Source of the DNA: Chrysomallon squamiferum
Taxonomy: Eukaryota > Animalia > Mollusca
Direction: 5' to 3'
Length of the DNA: 64,000 bases
NCBI GenBank assembly: GCA_012295275.1
Contig: CM022671.1
Coordinates: forward strand, 15,252,001-15,316,000
Shown here: positions 63,760 to 64,000 of the stretch, piece by piece
How the letters are laid out: each line of letters opens with the position of its first letter
Position numbering within the stretch: position 1 is the first letter of the stretch
Translations under genes and position numbers: made by a program
The notes under the pieces: generated by a model
The model's database searches: none
Told to the model about the DNA's origin: nothing
The model's input: the letters and a program-made list of their open reading frames with translations, nothing else

Positions 63760-64000
63760 AAAACTGATACTACTTTTGTCTTTTATGAAACACTATTTAC
63801 AGCTGAAAGGTTATAAATATATGTGGTATTGTGTAAAATTGCTTAAAATATATTTATCAGTTTTATGAATAATAAATTACTACAATGTATATATTCATAC
63901 AGCTTTTAGAATAATGTTGAAAGAATGAGTAAACAGAAAATGGTTAATTCCATGAAAATGTTATACATTTTTTCAATTATAAAAAACTATAAAAAAGATT

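Overview
AT-rich, microsatellite-rich, intron-rich animal genomic DNA. The PMCA sequence looks protostome; mollusc/cephalopod-like is my inference only. The window holds two convergent spliced genes, reconstructed by hand from splice sites and reading frame. (1) Plus strand: the 3' ~90% of ubiquitin-activating enzyme E1 (UBA1), 23 coding exons at 161-12355 (937 codons, 5' end outside the window), with a probable GC-AG intron and a ~1.77 kb 32-bp minisatellite in one intron. (2) Minus strand: a complete plasma-membrane Ca2+-ATPase (PMCA/ATP2B), ATG at 53731, with 19 core exons encoding 1118 aa. The most interesting biology is a combinatorial splicing system in this one PMCA gene. Three frame-preserving microexons (39, 36, 30 nt) sit at the 'site A' loop and are missed by the ORF track. 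Three alternative last exons split the calmodulin-binding domain ('site C'); two of them are evident duplicates, they end in different PDZ-ligand tails, and one is preceded by a dense (T)GCATG Rbfox-motif cluster. There is also a possible fourth tail exon. Several non-autonomous DNA transposon remnants and simple repeats are present. No prokaryotic system, CRISPR array, tRNA or rRNA was seen. Most ORF-track entries are artefacts of AT-rich or simple sequence.
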